From Octopus bimaculoides (Eukaryota): DNA of 63,383 bases. A program made the translations under genes and the position numbers. Below the pieces are notes generated by a model, which was not told the DNA's origin, ran no database searches, and saw nothing but the letters and a program-made list of their open reading frames with translations. Shown piece by piece: positions 49,339-62,425 of this stretch. Position 1 is the first letter of the stretch; the number at the start of each line of letters is the position of its first letter. The stretch lies in assembly GCF_001194135.2 (NCBI RefSeq), contig NC_068997.1:34168950-34232332 (forward strand). The letters are read 5' to 3'.

Positions 49339-49728
49339 GTTGTTGTTGTTGGCACTCCGTCGCTTACGACGTCGAGGGTTCCAGTTGATCCGATCAACTG
49401 AACAGCCTGCTCGTGAAATTAACGTGCAAGTGGCTGAGCGCTCCACAGACACGTGTACCCTTAACGTAGTTCTTGGGGATATTCAGCGTGACACAGTGTG
49501 ACAAGGCCGACCCTTTGAATTACAGGCACAAAAGAAACAAGAAGAAAGAGTGAGAGAAAGTTGTGGTGAAAGAGTACAGCAGGGTTCGGCACCATCCCCT
49601 GCCGGAGCCTCCTGGAGCTTTAGGTGTTTTCGCTCAATAAACACTCACAACGCCCGGTCTGGGAATCGAAACTGCGATCCTATGACCGCGAGTCCGCTGC
49701 CCTAACCACTGGGCCATTGCGCCTCCAC
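49339..49728 (-). mobile_element. tRNA-derived SINE family D with (CAA)n tail and 12-bp TSD
   Basis: Head GGAGGCGCAATGGCCCAGTGGTTAGGGCAGCGGACTCGCGG...TTTCGATTCCC; tail GGAGTGCCAACAACAAC; TSD CCTTTCTACTAT at 49327-49338 and 49729-49740. Confidence 0.9.
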
Positions 49729-49763
49729 CCTTTCTACTATAGGCACATAATAATCCTTTCTAC

Positions 49764-49799
<36 letters not shown>

Positions 49800-50008
49800 C
49801 CTTTCTACTATATTACTACTGAAATTTGTGGGAATAGGGCCAGTTGATTAGATCGACCCAAGTACGCAACTGGTACTTAATTCATCGACCCCGAAAGGAT
49901 GAACGGCAAAATCGACCACGACGGAATTTGAACTTAGAATGTAAAAACAGACGAAATACCGCCAAGGATTTCGCCCGGTGTACTAACAATTCTGCTAGCT
50001 CACCGCCC
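49800..50008 (-). mobile_element. SINE family B embedded in (TAA)n
   Basis: Complete core; (TAA)n at 49767-49799 and 50012-50064. Confidence 0.85.
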
Positions 50009-50010
50009 TT

Positions 50011-50064
<54 letters not shown>

Positions 50065-50539
50065 GTTTCAATTTTTGGCGCAAGGCCAGCAATTTCGGGG
50101 GCAAGGGTAAGTCTTTGTGGTCTGTGTCACTACATATCGAAATCTTTAAAAAATACTTTAACGTAGCATATAGATGTAAATTGTGACGCTGAATCCGAAT
50201 TTGCTATCCATCTATTCCAGAAAAAAATTGCGAAAATGGTACAGATGTTCAAAGTTTGATACACGAGTAAATTAAATATTTAAAAGCTACGACCAAGTTA
50301 ACTGGAGTTGCTAGAAATAACAGTCAAAGCATTAAAATAGACACGAACAAAGTAAACAGTGAAAAACATCAAAACATATGCGAGCAAATTAAATATTTAA
50401 AGGATACGAGAAAAACTAATTGCTGTTGCTAGAAATAACAGTCAAAACATTATTTAAAACAGACATTTATTGCAACGAATGTTTGCAATACACTCTAGGA
50501 TATTATAAAATAAATTAACTTTCTCATGTCTCTTCTTTA

Positions 50540-50990
50540 CATAAATTCGCAAATATACAAGTCAATCATGGAATGATGTGTCCCACATCGGCGTTCGTTT
50601 CCACGCTTTAAAGACGCCCATGTACTCTCAATTTGTTGGGTGTGTGTCCCATCTTTTGAATTTATAAATTCAATGCTATGGTTCACAGTTTGAAATCATA
50701 GAAATCGATTTCTGGGATATGATTATAAGCTCGCCACAGGTCACTGAAGATAGTGGTTCCCTGAAGAAATGAGTATCGTATGCAGTCCTCTAGTGTTTCG
50801 AGGTTACGATCTAGTACAGCGTTAAGGGAAACGTCTCTCGTCTCGCGACATATTCCTCCAAAGATCCACTGTTCAGGTAACATTCTCCCTCGGTTGTACT
50901 TGTGTTTTGTGTACACTGTTTCTTCTATCTCAACGATATTTTCGAGACCACCTATCTAAGCTGGGTTGCAGAGCAGGTCCTCTGCACACA
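50540..50990 (-). pseudogene. Merlin/IS1595-like transposase remnant
   Basis: VEIEE...KHKYNRGR...QWIFGGICRET...GTTIFSDLWRAY...NHSIEF...GTHTQQIESTW. Confidence 0.88.
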
Positions 50991-51214
50991 ACTCACGGTG
51001 ATGTGTAAATATTCGCTTGTGATTGACTAAAGTACCCAAATTTTGCAAATTTTAAAGGTTAATAACTTTTTAATTATAAATGCAAAGGGAAAATGATTTT
51101 CGTTTTCATAATTAGTATGCAAAACTTAATCCATGCACCAAATTTGAAAACAATTGGAACAGGATTGGAGATAGTGATTCAAACCACAAAAATCCCTCAG
51201 TTAAATCGAACTGC

Positions 51215-51330
51215 TACTTATTTTATCCGTCCCAGAGGGATGAACGGCAAAGTCGACCTCGGTGGAATTTAAACTCAGAAAGATCGTAATGCCGTTAAAC
51301 ATTTTGTCTGCATGCTCACGATTCTATCAG
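51215..51330 (-). mobile_element. SINE family B 5' part
   Basis: GGATGAACGGCAAAGTCGACCTCGG core; abuts (TAA)n 51333-51396. Confidence 0.7.
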
Positions 51331-51331
51331 C

Positions 51332-51396
<65 letters not shown>

Positions 51397-51400
<4 letters not shown>

Positions 51401-52096
51401 CAACATATCATGAAAGAAAGAAAAGATTGATAAATATGGAGACCTGAGAATTGAGATCGCCAAGATGTGGCAGCTACGAGAGTCAAAAATAAAGGTTGTC
51501 CCTATTGTCAGCAGAGCATTGGGTTCAATACCGCCCAACTGAAGAAACATCTGGAAACTTTAGAAAAAACAACAGAAAAACGATGGTACAGGCACACCTC
51601 AGAAAAGGTCACAGAAAATGAGAAAGCAACCATACTCTGGATATGCCAACATACACAGATAGAGAAATTAAGACCAATAGGCCGGGAATAGTTGTCAGAT
51701 ATCACAAAAAACGAAAATGCTTTCTAATTGATGTATCAACAGCTACAGATGACAATATTTCTCTAAAAGAAACGGAGAAACTTCCAAAATAACAAACATC
51801 TGGGAATAGAGGCAACTCGAATGTGGAGCCTAAAATCAGAAACAATTCCTATTACAGTATGCGCATTAGGTGTGATAAACACAGATTCAGACAAATACAT
51901 AACAAAAACACCAGGACGTACGAGTATATATAACATACAGAAAATAACACTACTAGGCACCGCACATATGCTACGAAAAACAATTTCAACACAGTGAAAA
52001 TAAGAACACCACAACAAACCACAACACATACCCATGACACACAGAGCTGCGCTCGGTAGTACAGTGAATGCACGTTATAAAAATAAGGCTACTGAA
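51397..52096 (+). mobile_element. chimeric R4/Dong 3' fragment (other-family RLE piece fused to fam1 3' end)
   Basis: KYGDLRIEIAKMW...ALGSIP (51397-51560), then TEKRWYRHT...ILW...fam1 3' UTR, then (TAA)n. Confidence 0.8.
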
Positions 52097-52098
52097 TG

Positions 52099-52155
<57 letters not shown>

Positions 52156-52195
52156 GTAATAATAATAATAATAGTAATAATCATAATAATAATTG

Positions 52196-53246
52196 TGCTA
52201 TAAGACCTCCACAATAGCAATGTAAGTTACTTATCAACTGCAAAGGCCTAAATGCTGCGGCTTGTGTACAAAAAGAAAAACAGTAAAATGCCACATTCTA
52301 TTCCCAAGGAAGCTTGCATATTTGCAAGGGAACTTGGCATTAACCCAGAATTAGATGAAAAACCTGAAACTACTGCGCCCAATCTAATAAAACCGATCAA
52401 TTAAATTGCAAGAAAGAACGATCAGAAACAAATTGAGGAGCGATGGAGCCAGAAACCCCTTCAATGACAGTATATTCTTCGACGTCGAAATGTTGATGTA
52501 GACCAAATATCAAACACATCAGTGGTTGAGAAGTTCAGGGCTGAAAGCAAAGACTAAAAGTTTCATATTGGCAGCACAAGATCAAAGCTTGTTTACCAGA
52601 AACTACCTACGATAAGGTAGGACAGTATTTACATTGGAAAATATCTAAACACTACAAAATCGGCACTCTTGCTTACTGGTACGTGACATCATCCTGAGCC
52701 AGTCGTTGATGGTAAAAATGTTACTATCCTATGGGATTTTCTAGTCGACACCGATAGAACGATCCGGGCTATTGGACCAGACGTAATTATTGAAGACAGG
52801 GAAGAAAATACTTGCAGACTAATAGATGTAAGTGTTCCGACTGATAAAAATATGTCTGCAAAAGAATTTGACAATTTAATTAAATATAAGGACCTGAGAA
52901 TTGAAATACAAATAATGTCGCATCTTAAAACAAGAACTGTTCCTATTATTGTAGGTGCTCTAGGTATGATAAAAATGGGATGTCAGAAACGTCTACTCGA
53001 TATCCCGGTAGAACCATCTCTCAGAGAAATCCAAAAGGTTGTACTAGTGTACAACCCATATCTTTAGAAATATCCTTTCAATTTAAAAGTCTGTGTTGTA
53101 TTACATGAAGATATTTCACTATTGCCCCTGTCACTTCCCATCCACAAGCTTTCAGTCATACTGTAACATCTCTTATCCTTTACTCACTCTAGGGCGCTGG
53201 GTGTTCCTCGGCAAGTGATTGTAAAACATATATGCAGATTAAAAGT
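52196..53246 (+). mobile_element. R4/Dong 3' fragment (fam6), CCHC region deleted
   Basis: AAQDQSLFTRNY jumps to DKVGQYLHWKI; KNMSAKEFDNLIKYKDLRIEI...PIIVGALG; followed by (TAA/CAA)n. Confidence 0.8.
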
Positions 53247-53279
53247 AAATAACAATAACAACAACAACAATAATAATTT

Positions 53280-53600
53280 AAGCAAATAAATGGTAGAGAA
53301 CGAAGTACTGAAGATAGGAAAAATTTGCAGAGGACGCTAGAAAGTTCTGGAGTAATATTTGGAATAAGCCAGTCAATCATAATGGAGATGCAATATGGTT
53401 AAAGAAAGTGAGGGAAGAAATAGTGAGTGAGAAGCATCCAGATCTAAGACTAACTAGTGCATTAATGCGTAAAATGTAAATGAAAATGCCCAAGACCAGA
53501 TTTAGTCGAAGAATACTGGCTAAAGAAGCTGCATCTATTTGCAATGGATGCGTGAATGTAATTTCAGTCCAGGTATGGATTTTGCTATGAAGTGGCAAAA
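53280..53600 (+). pseudogene. very decayed R4/Dong pre-RT fragment
   Basis: KCPRPDLVEEYWLKKL resembles WKAPGPDxxxxYWLK. Confidence 0.45.
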
Positions 53601-53951
53601 GAGACAGTCATGATTTTTATTTTGCCTGGTATTGGGCAAGTGTGTCTGTTGGTTGCGGAATATAATTCTTCTATTGTTTTTTTTTCTTCAACTCAAATTG
53701 TTTGGAGGCATCGTGACGTATTTTACACCATGCAGATTGATCTCGGTAATGACTTTCCCAAGATGTCAGGTTAAGCTGTAGAGATTTTAGTGATTGCTTC
53801 AACTTATCTTTATACTTAAGGAGAGGTCTTCCTTTGCCGCAATATTCCCACCCCCCATTTGTTGGCCATTTGTTAGCTAAAAGCTTGAGATGTCCATACG
53901 TTTCTGCTAAAACTTTATTTTAGCTATGCTCTATCCAACCTGTCTCCGCTC

Positions 53952-54006
<55 letters not shown>

Positions 54007-54699
54007 TACGCTTTCATAAGTACAGACGACTTCCAGGATTTTTATTTAACGCCCAAAATATGTGTAAGCTCGTTTCTGAAATTTCAAACTTTGAGACAGC
54101 TCTCTCTGTAATTCGAAAGTTCGAGATGTTTGTAAACAAATTTCTATATGCTTGCTAAACCATTGCGATGTTCATATATTTCTATATCTTGGCTACGCTG
54201 AGATATTTATAGATTTCTATTGTTTTGCTAAAACTTTATCTTATTATGCTCTGTTCAACCTGTCTCCACTCCTTTCCAAAATCCCTACACACCCGCTTCC
54301 TATTCACCGTCAGATCTGTCAACCATTCGACCAATCATACAGCCTGTATTACAAGACCCAACACCCCCACTCTCTAATGTAATGTCACAGCAAGATCAGC
54401 AGCTAAACCAACAGGCTTAAATTTGTCCTCATTTATTGTTTCACAGACTGAAACCTATCATCTCTCTATAGCAACAACAACACCCCAACAAATGTTTGGA
54501 AGATGGCCTGAACAAGGCAACAGTAAGTATTTGTCAGTGTTAGTGCTAGCAATAGCACTAACAATGACAATAATATATAATAGGTAAAAGTGGTTCAAAT
54601 GGGAAAAAAAGAAGTAATTGTGATACAATGACAACTTGCCAAAATAGGGAATAATCAACATTAACATGTGATGCAGTGCAGCTGTAACTTGGTCGGGCC

Positions 54700-55040
54700 G
54701 TCGGTGACTAGACTGGCAACTCCACTCAGCTTGCTTGGCTAGCAGGGTGAAATACTGATTTTTGAATATCATGCAGGATGAAAAACAAAATCCGGCAAAG
54801 GGCAGAGGAACTCAGAAGAGTCAATGACCATCCAAAAACGGATGGACAGATCTCGTTAGCCTCGGTCGGCAATCTGTCTAGGAGAAGGAACAAGCTGATT
54901 AAAAAACTGGGGTCTCGATAGAGCTCCTTAATCATCTGGTGACAACCTGTCAGTGCTTATGCAACTAGATGGCCTTTTCCTCAAGTGGCATCAATATGCA
55001 GCGGAGTCTAGACTACCTGGACGAGAGAGTGGAATGGGCA
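54700..55040 (+). mobile_element. RTE-like 5' UTR fragment
   Basis: GGCAATCTGTCTAGGAGAAGGAACAAGCTGATT resembles the motif common in RTE 5' regions (recalled, not searched). Confidence 0.35.
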
Positions 55041-55045
55041 ACACA

Positions 55046-55121
<76 letters not shown>

Positions 55122-55135
55122 TTATAATAATAATA

Positions 55136-55477
55136 AAAAATATTTGTCATAGGTGCCCTAGGAATGATAGCAAAAGGGGCTGATTGCTACTTAGCTCAGA
55201 TACCAGGAAACCCCTAAATGGCAGAAATTCAAAAGATAGTGCTCATGGGAACTGCCCATACCCTATTCAAAATACTTTCTATGTAATCTCAAGTTTTAAA
55301 ACAAACACATAATTTTCTTATGGCCTCTTAAACATTCTCTAGAACAACACTATGTACAAATCGAAATATATGGCACCCTAGGCATAACACCAACATGAAC
55401 TTCTAACTTGTCTCTTGAGGTCTCTGCGTGAGACTTGGAGCCAACTTGTACAAATGCAAAGCAAAAGTCAAACATAA

Positions 55478-55478
<1 letters not shown>
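55136..55478 (+). mobile_element. R4/Dong 3' fragment (fam7)
   Basis: VIGALGMIAK...EIQKIVLMGTAH; distinct 3' UTR; (TAA)n on both sides. Confidence 0.8.
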
Positions 55479-55521
<43 letters not shown>

Positions 55522-56275
55522 NNNNNNNNNNNNNNNNNNNNNNNNNNNNNNNNNNNNNNNNNNNNNNNNNNNNNNNNNNNNNNNNNNNNNNNNNNNNNNN
55601 NNNNNNNNNNNNNNNNNNNNNNNNNNNNNNNNNNNNNNNNNNNNNNNNNNNNNNNNNNNNNNNNNNNNNNNNNNNNNNNNNNNNNNNNNNNNNNNNNNNN
55701 NNNNNNNNNNNNNNNNNNNNNNNNNNNNNNNNNNNNNNNNNNNNNNNNNNNNNNNNNNNNNNNNNNNNNNNNNNNNNNNNNNNNNNNNNNNNNNNNNNNN
55801 NNNNNNNNNNNNNNNNNNNNNNNNNNNNNNNNNNNNNNNNNNNNNNNNNNNNNNNNNNNNNNNNNNNNNNNNNNNNNNNNNNNNNNNNNNNNNNNNNNNN
55901 NNNNNNNNNNNNNNNNNNNNNNNNNNNNNNNNNNNNNNNNNNNNNNNNNNNNNNNNNNNNNNNNNNNNNNNNNNNNNNNNNNNNNNNNNNNNNNNNNNNN
56001 NNNNNNNNNNNNNNNNNNNNNNNNNNNNNNNNNNNNNNNNNNNNNNNNNNNNNNNNNNNNNNNNNNNNNNNNNNNNNNNNNNNNNNNNNNNNNNNNNNNN
56101 NNNNNNNNNNNNNNNNNNNNNNNNNNNNNNNNNNNNNNNNNNNNNNNNNNNNNNNNNNNNNNNNNNNNNNNNNNNNNNNNNNNNNNNNNNNNNNNNNNNN
56201 NNNNNNNNNNNNNNNNNNNNNNNNNNNNNNNNNNNNNNNNNNNNNNNNNNNNNNNNNNNNNNNNNNNNNNNNNNT

Positions 56276-56461
56276 ACCAGGACTTACAAATATATATAAC
56301 ATACAGAAAATTGCACTACTGGGTACTGCACACATTCTACGCAAAACACTTTCAATACAGTAAACATAAGAGCACCACAGCAAACCACAGCACATACCCA
56401 AGGCGCACAGAGCTGCGCTCGGTAGTGAAGTGAAAGCACGTTATAAAAATAAACCTACTGA
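56276..56461 (+). mobile_element. R4/Dong fam1 3' end (after gap)
   Basis: PGLTNIYNIQKIALLGTAHILRKTLSIQ* plus UTR, then (AAT)n. Confidence 0.9.
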
Positions 56462-56463
56462 AC

Positions 56464-56525
<62 letters not shown>

Positions 56526-56527
<2 letters not shown>

Positions 56528-59163
56528 GATATTTAAAACTGATATTAATAAATTCTACAGAGATTTAGGGAAACAGTCGATAGAAGTAAAATACCTACCT
56601 GATATGAAAGAAGTGGCGACATTTTGGAAAGCATATGGGGCGATAGAAAGCTGAATGGGTAGGAGGAGAAGAAGAAAGAATGAGTGAGATTGAAGAACAG
56701 GTACGGATGATGTTACTATGCAGGAACTAGCTCAAGCTCTATATAAAGCTCATAAGTGGAAGTCACCTGAACATGATAAAATCCCAAACTTGTGGCTTAA
56801 TAGCATCTCTCCATCACACCGTCAGTTAATGGAATATTTCTCTTATATCATCAGAAATCCCGAAAAGACTCCAAGCTGGCCAACATTAAGGGTAACATAT
56901 CTACTCCCTAAAACGAGTGAAACCCCCCAAACTATAGGCTCATCACTTGTTTGACCACCATGTACAAAACGCATCTGTCCCCAACGAAAGGATGCACCAA
57001 TTTCTCGATTAAAACATCTTTCCCCTTCAACAAAAAGCGTGCAAAAGAAACTCATACAGCTGCAAAGACCAGCTGGTTATAAACCGTATGATACTCGAAA
57101 ATTGCTCATCTAAAAAAACGAAATTTAAGCTCAGCATAGACTAACTATAGTAAGGCATTTGACAGTGTCCCACATTTCTTTCTTGCCTTTAACTCTCCAA
57201 CGCAGAGTATAGGCCACTTATAATTGAATTCCATGTCGCATAATTTTTCGCTTCTGTACTTATACTCTGCCATGAATGTCTCTCTTTTTCTAGTTCCTTT
57301 TGTGCTGATATACACCACGAGTTCTTAGGCCTACCCCTCTTTCTATATCCATCCGGATTCCACTGTAAAGCACTTTTCGCTACATTTGGTGTGTCCTTTC
57401 TAATTGTGTTACCAATCCACTTCCACTTTTTCTTAAATATTTGCTTCCTAATCGAAACTTGATTCGTTCTTTGCCATAGCTCCATATTGCTTATGTGTTC
57501 GGTCCATCTGATTTCTATTATATTTGTGTCCCACATAGCTGAATCTTAAAGGCATTAAAATATACAAGATCTCTCTTTTTGTAAAAGGTTTTCTACGAAG
57601 AGTATGGGACTGTGTAACACAGAATTGTTTCCTAGACACGAGAAAGGCTCATATGTATCATAGAACATAAAAATATACCGTAGAATATTTCAGGACGATT
57701 CACTCTCCTTTCTCCTCATTCCCTTGTCCCACGAGCTGAATAGGACAAATCACGGTCACAAAGTGTTTGACAATATCATCTCACGTTTGCTTTACATGGA
57801 TGAACTGAAATTATACGCAAAAGATGACAAGGTTCAGAAAGGGCTACTGATAACTGAAAAAATTCAGTGATGACACCATTATGCAATATGGCAACGACAA
57901 GTGCGCAAACGCTTCGTTCAAACATGGTAAACTGACAGCTAACACCACGACCCAACTTGATCGTGGTATATCTATCAAGGACCTGGATCAAGAAGATTTT
58001 TTATTAGTATCTTGAAGTACACGAAGGGAAATAGATTCAAAACGGATCAATGAAAGACAAGATTAGGAAAGAGTATTATGTACGTGTCAGAATGGTTCTG
58101 ATTACTGAGATGAACTTCTAGAATAGAATTGCAGCTATAAACGTCCTGACGGTACCGGTTGTTCAGTATAGCTTTAATGTCATCAACTGAAATCTGAGTG
58201 AAATCCAGCGTATGGACATAAAGACTAGGACAGTACACAGAATGCACCACTCAAGATCAGACGTCCACAAGCTCAATCTCCCACGAAAGGAAGGCGGTAG
58301 AACCAAATCCAACTTGCACTCAATCTCAAAGGAGGCATATAAATACAGACGAGAGCTTAACCTGTCTGATTATGATGATGATGATGATAAGGAAGACGCA
58401 CCATCCACTACGGCAGCCCAAAAAATGTGAAAGAAAGGCTAAATAGGAAAATTTGAAGGTAATATCGATACTGTGGCAAGTAAAACCATTCCATGCGTAA
58501 TACCCCAAACGAGCTAGGAAAGCTGATGTAGATATGAGTAGAACTAAGCAGTGGCTGCAGAGTGCTGGCTTGAAAGCCGAAATAGAAGGATTTATCCTAG
58601 TGGAACAAGATCAGAGTCTCCTAACTTAGAACTAACAAGCCAATATCACACACAATGAGGTAGACACAAAGGGTAGACTCTGAAATGTCAAACTGGAGAG
58701 TATTGAGCACATTGTTGCTGGTTGCTCAGTCCTTGCCCCTACAAAATATAAAACCAGGTATGATCGAGTTGGCAGTACTTGCACTAGAACGTATGCTATC
58801 ATTATGATAAGCGCACTCTAAAGGTTGGTACGAACACCATCCAGAGCCAGTCACTGAGGGAGAGAATGTTATCATCCTATGGGATTATGAGACAGGCAAA
58901 TAAATGAAAACCGACCATACATTATCACCAAAGACGTAAGACAAAAAGCATGCCTGTTAATTGATATGACAGAACCTACTGATAGAAAAACTGTCGAAAT
59001 AAAAGGACCTTGAGATTGAGATATTTAGGTAATTAAAAATCAAAATGTTGACATCGACCGACCACATTCTCAGGACGTTTCTCTCCAATCTAATATATGC
59101 GTGCCTTACGTCTCTGGTTGAGACCCAACAAGAAGATGAAAAGAATTGTGAATCAATCGGGAA
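56526..59163 (+). mobile_element. decayed R4/Dong element (fam8) interrupted by an RTE fragment
   Basis: HKWKSPEHDKIPNLWL; KAFDSVPH; LYMDEL; KAEIEGFIL..QDQSL; ESIEHIVAGC; ends before (TAA/GAT/CAA)n. Confidence 0.82.
57178..57630 (-). pseudogene. RTE-clade LINE 3' fragment
   Basis: IRWTEHISNMELWQRTNQ...KWKWIGNTIRK...ALQWNPDGYRKRGRPKNSW. Confidence 0.8.
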
Positions 59164-59210
59164 ATAATAATAATGATGATGATGATAACAACAACAACAA
59201 CAACAACAAC

Positions 59211-59262
<52 letters not shown>

Positions 59263-59265
<3 letters not shown>

Positions 59266-62041
59266 GAAAACAAGAGAAGAGATCTGTCAATCCTTAATGA
59301 AACTAGTAGACAATCAAGCAACTAGAAGAGAACAAAAATACTGCGCAATTGCAAAATTACAGAAAAAGGCTTACCTGAGGTAAAGCAACATATCTTTCCC
59401 AAAGCACAAAGAATCCGCCGGTATGAGAAACGCCAACGTTTCTTTGAACAAAACAAACAGTTCAACTACAACCCCAAAAGATTCTACCAAGAACTTGGCA
59501 AAATTAAAATAGACATCAATGCAGCACGAACAACAGAAGTGGAAGAATGTTGGAAAGAAATATGGTCAACGAAGGAACAACCTCAGAAAAGGTGTACCAA
59601 AACAATGAACTCAGCACCTGAACAACTCTGGATCCCTATAACGACTGAAGATGTCAACCAGGCACTGTAAAAATTAAGTAAATGGAAGGAACCCAGGCAC
59701 GATAAGATCCTCAACTTCTGATTAAAATATGTAACAGGAACACATAAAAAAAAACTGACTGAAAACTTTAATCACATACTAGCAGAGCCAGAGACAATGC
59801 CTGAATGGCTCACGGAAGGGAAAACTCCCCTAATTCCCGAATCCACTGAAACGGCAAACCCACAAAATTACAGTCAAATTACTTGTCTCCCTACAATACA
59901 CAAATTCACAAAGCCTTTACTGCAATAATATTGCAGAGAATGGGCAAACATCTAGAAGAAATATAACCTGTTTCCAGAAGAGCAGAAGGGATGTTGCAAG
60001 AGCTCTTACGGCTGTTAAGATCAACTAATGATCAATAAAGCCATAATTGAAGACAGCCGCAGAAAGAAGAAGGGTCTAAGTATGGCCTGGATCGATTACT
60101 GAAAGCCTTTTGATAGTATTCCTCACACATGGATCCTAGAAACACTAACCATGAACAAAGTAGCACCAATAATCATAAAATATACCAAACATTCCATGAA
60201 TAAATGGCAGACAGTGCTATAGCTCCAAGCAAAAGAGGGACTCATAAAAACCAAAGCCGTTCCCATTAGAAGAGGAATATTCCAGGGAGACACACCCTCG
60301 TCACTCCTTTTTTGCTTGACACTGACACCTTTATCTGACATGCTAAACCGAACTGGATGCGGATACAACTATTACGGCAAAACAATCAGCTACCTCTTAT
60401 ATATGGATGATCTAAAACAGTATTCTACAAATGATAAACAGTTGGAAGCATTACTACAGACAGTACATGGATTTACCAAAGAAATAAATATGAAATTTGG
60501 CTAAGAAAAATGTGCCAAAGCAACCTTGAAAAGAGGAAAACCAGTTAAGAGTAACAACATCATACTAGATAAATCAAATGAAATAAGAGAATTAGACCAA
60601 AGCCAGATAAACAAATATTTAAGAATCAATGAACAAGATACGATACAACACACACAAATGGAAGATAAAATGAAAAAAAAGAATACTATAGACGAGTTAG
60701 ATTAATACCGAAAACAGAGCTCAATGCGAAAAACAAGATAATAGGTGTCAACACTTTAACCTTCCCAGTTATAAGTCACAGTTAAAATATCTTTAGTTGG
60801 ACGCTAAATGAACTAATCAAAATAGACAGGAAAACTAGAAAAATGACAGGACTTAGGATGCACCACCCAAATTCTGACATAGAAATGTTATATATACAAC
60901 GTATAGAAGGTGGTAGAGGACTTATATAGCTACAAAAATATTACAAAATAACTACCATAGGACTACAAAAATACCTACTTCTGAAGCACGGAAAACTAAT
61001 ACAAAAATAGCCACAAAACACGAACAGAACAAAAACTCTTTTCAGTCTTTAAGGAAGCTGACAAATACAAACAAGAAGTCACACTACCTAACAAATATGA
61101 AGGAAAAGAAGAAACAACAAAAGCTGTAAAACAAATGAAATCAAAACTAGAACAGCGACGGATCATGATGAAACGAGGGCAAGAAAAACCCCTTCATGGC
61201 AAATATTGGGTTAAACTAAATAGAAAAGAAATAGACAAAGCAAAATCCCAACAATAACTGAGAAGCTCAAGACTCAAAGCAGAGACTGAAGGATTTTCAA
61301 TTTCAGCACAAGACCAAAGCCTCCCCACCAGAAATTACCAAAAATATATAATGAAAAGAAGCATAACAAGCAACTGCAGAATATGTGGAGATGGAGATGA
61401 AACAATAAATTATATTGACTCTGGCTGCCCACTCTTGGCTAAGAGGGAATATATTCCCAGACACGACAGAGTTGGGATCTATATACACTGGAAGCTATGC
61501 AAACACTATGGAATAACAACAGAAAAAAGATGGTATAGGCACACACCAGAAAAGGTCACAGAAAATGAAAAGGCAACAATACTATGGGATATGCCAATAC
61601 ACACAGATAGGGAAATTAAGGCAAATAGACCAGATAATAGTTGCGGAGATCGTGAAGATATAAAATGCTTTCTAATTGATGTATCAATTGCAACAGATGA
61701 CAATGTTTCTCTAAAAGAAATGGAGAAACTTTCAAAATACAAAGACCTGGAAATAGAAGTAACTCGAATGTGGAATCTAAAAACAGAAACAATTCCTATC
61801 ATAGTAGGTGCCTTAGGTATAATAAAAAATATTCAGACAAATACATAACAAAAACACTAGGACTTACAAACATATATAACATAGAGAAAATAGCACTAAT
61901 AGGCACCGCACACATCCTACGTAAAACACTTTCAATACAGTAACCATAAGAGCATTACAGCAAACCACAGCACATACCCAGGGCACACAGACCTGCGCTC
62001 GGTAGTGCAGTGAAAGCACGTGATGAAAATAAGACTACTGA
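59263..62041 (+). mobile_element. R4/Dong fam1, 5'-truncated, RT to 3' UTR continuous
   Basis: GIFQGD; LLYMDDLK; CRICGDGDETINYIDSGC..RHDRVG; ANRPD...LIDVSI...EKLSKYKDL; ends GACTACTG followed by (AAT)n. Confidence 0.93.
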
Positions 62042-62160
62042 ATAATAATAATAATNNNNNNNNNNNNNNNNNNNNNNNNNNNNNNNNNNNNNNNNNNNNN
62101 NNNNNNNNNNNNNNNNNNNNNNNNNNNNNNNNNNNNNNNNNNNNNNNNNNNNNNNTAATA

Positions 62161-62308
62161 ATCCTTTCTACTATAGGCACAAGGCCTGAAATTTGGGGGA
62201 TTGGGCAGACGATTACATCGACCACAGTGTTTCACTGGTACTTAATTTTTCGACCCTGACAGGATGAAAGGCAAAGTCGACCTCGGCTGCATTTCAACTC
62301 AGAACATA
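62161..62308 (-). mobile_element. SINE family B, 5'-truncated, within (TAA)n
   Basis: CCTTTCTACTATAGGCACAAGGCC...GGATGAAAGGCAAAGTCGACCTCGG. Confidence 0.82.
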
Positions 62309-62350
62309 CGCCTTCAATAATAATACTAGTAATAATAATAATAATAATAA

Positions 62351-62412
<62 letters not shown>

Positions 62413-62425
62413 ATAATAATAATAA

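Noticed and set aside
49650-49728. tRNA-like sequence on minus strand
   Set aside because: It is the head of SINE D (continues into a SINE body with tail and TSD), not a tRNA gene; the same applies to SINE A and B heads.
53901-54275. ~50-bp direct repeat around a (CT)n tract
   Set aside because: Short and diverged, with no further structure; likely internal to an unrecognised old repeat.
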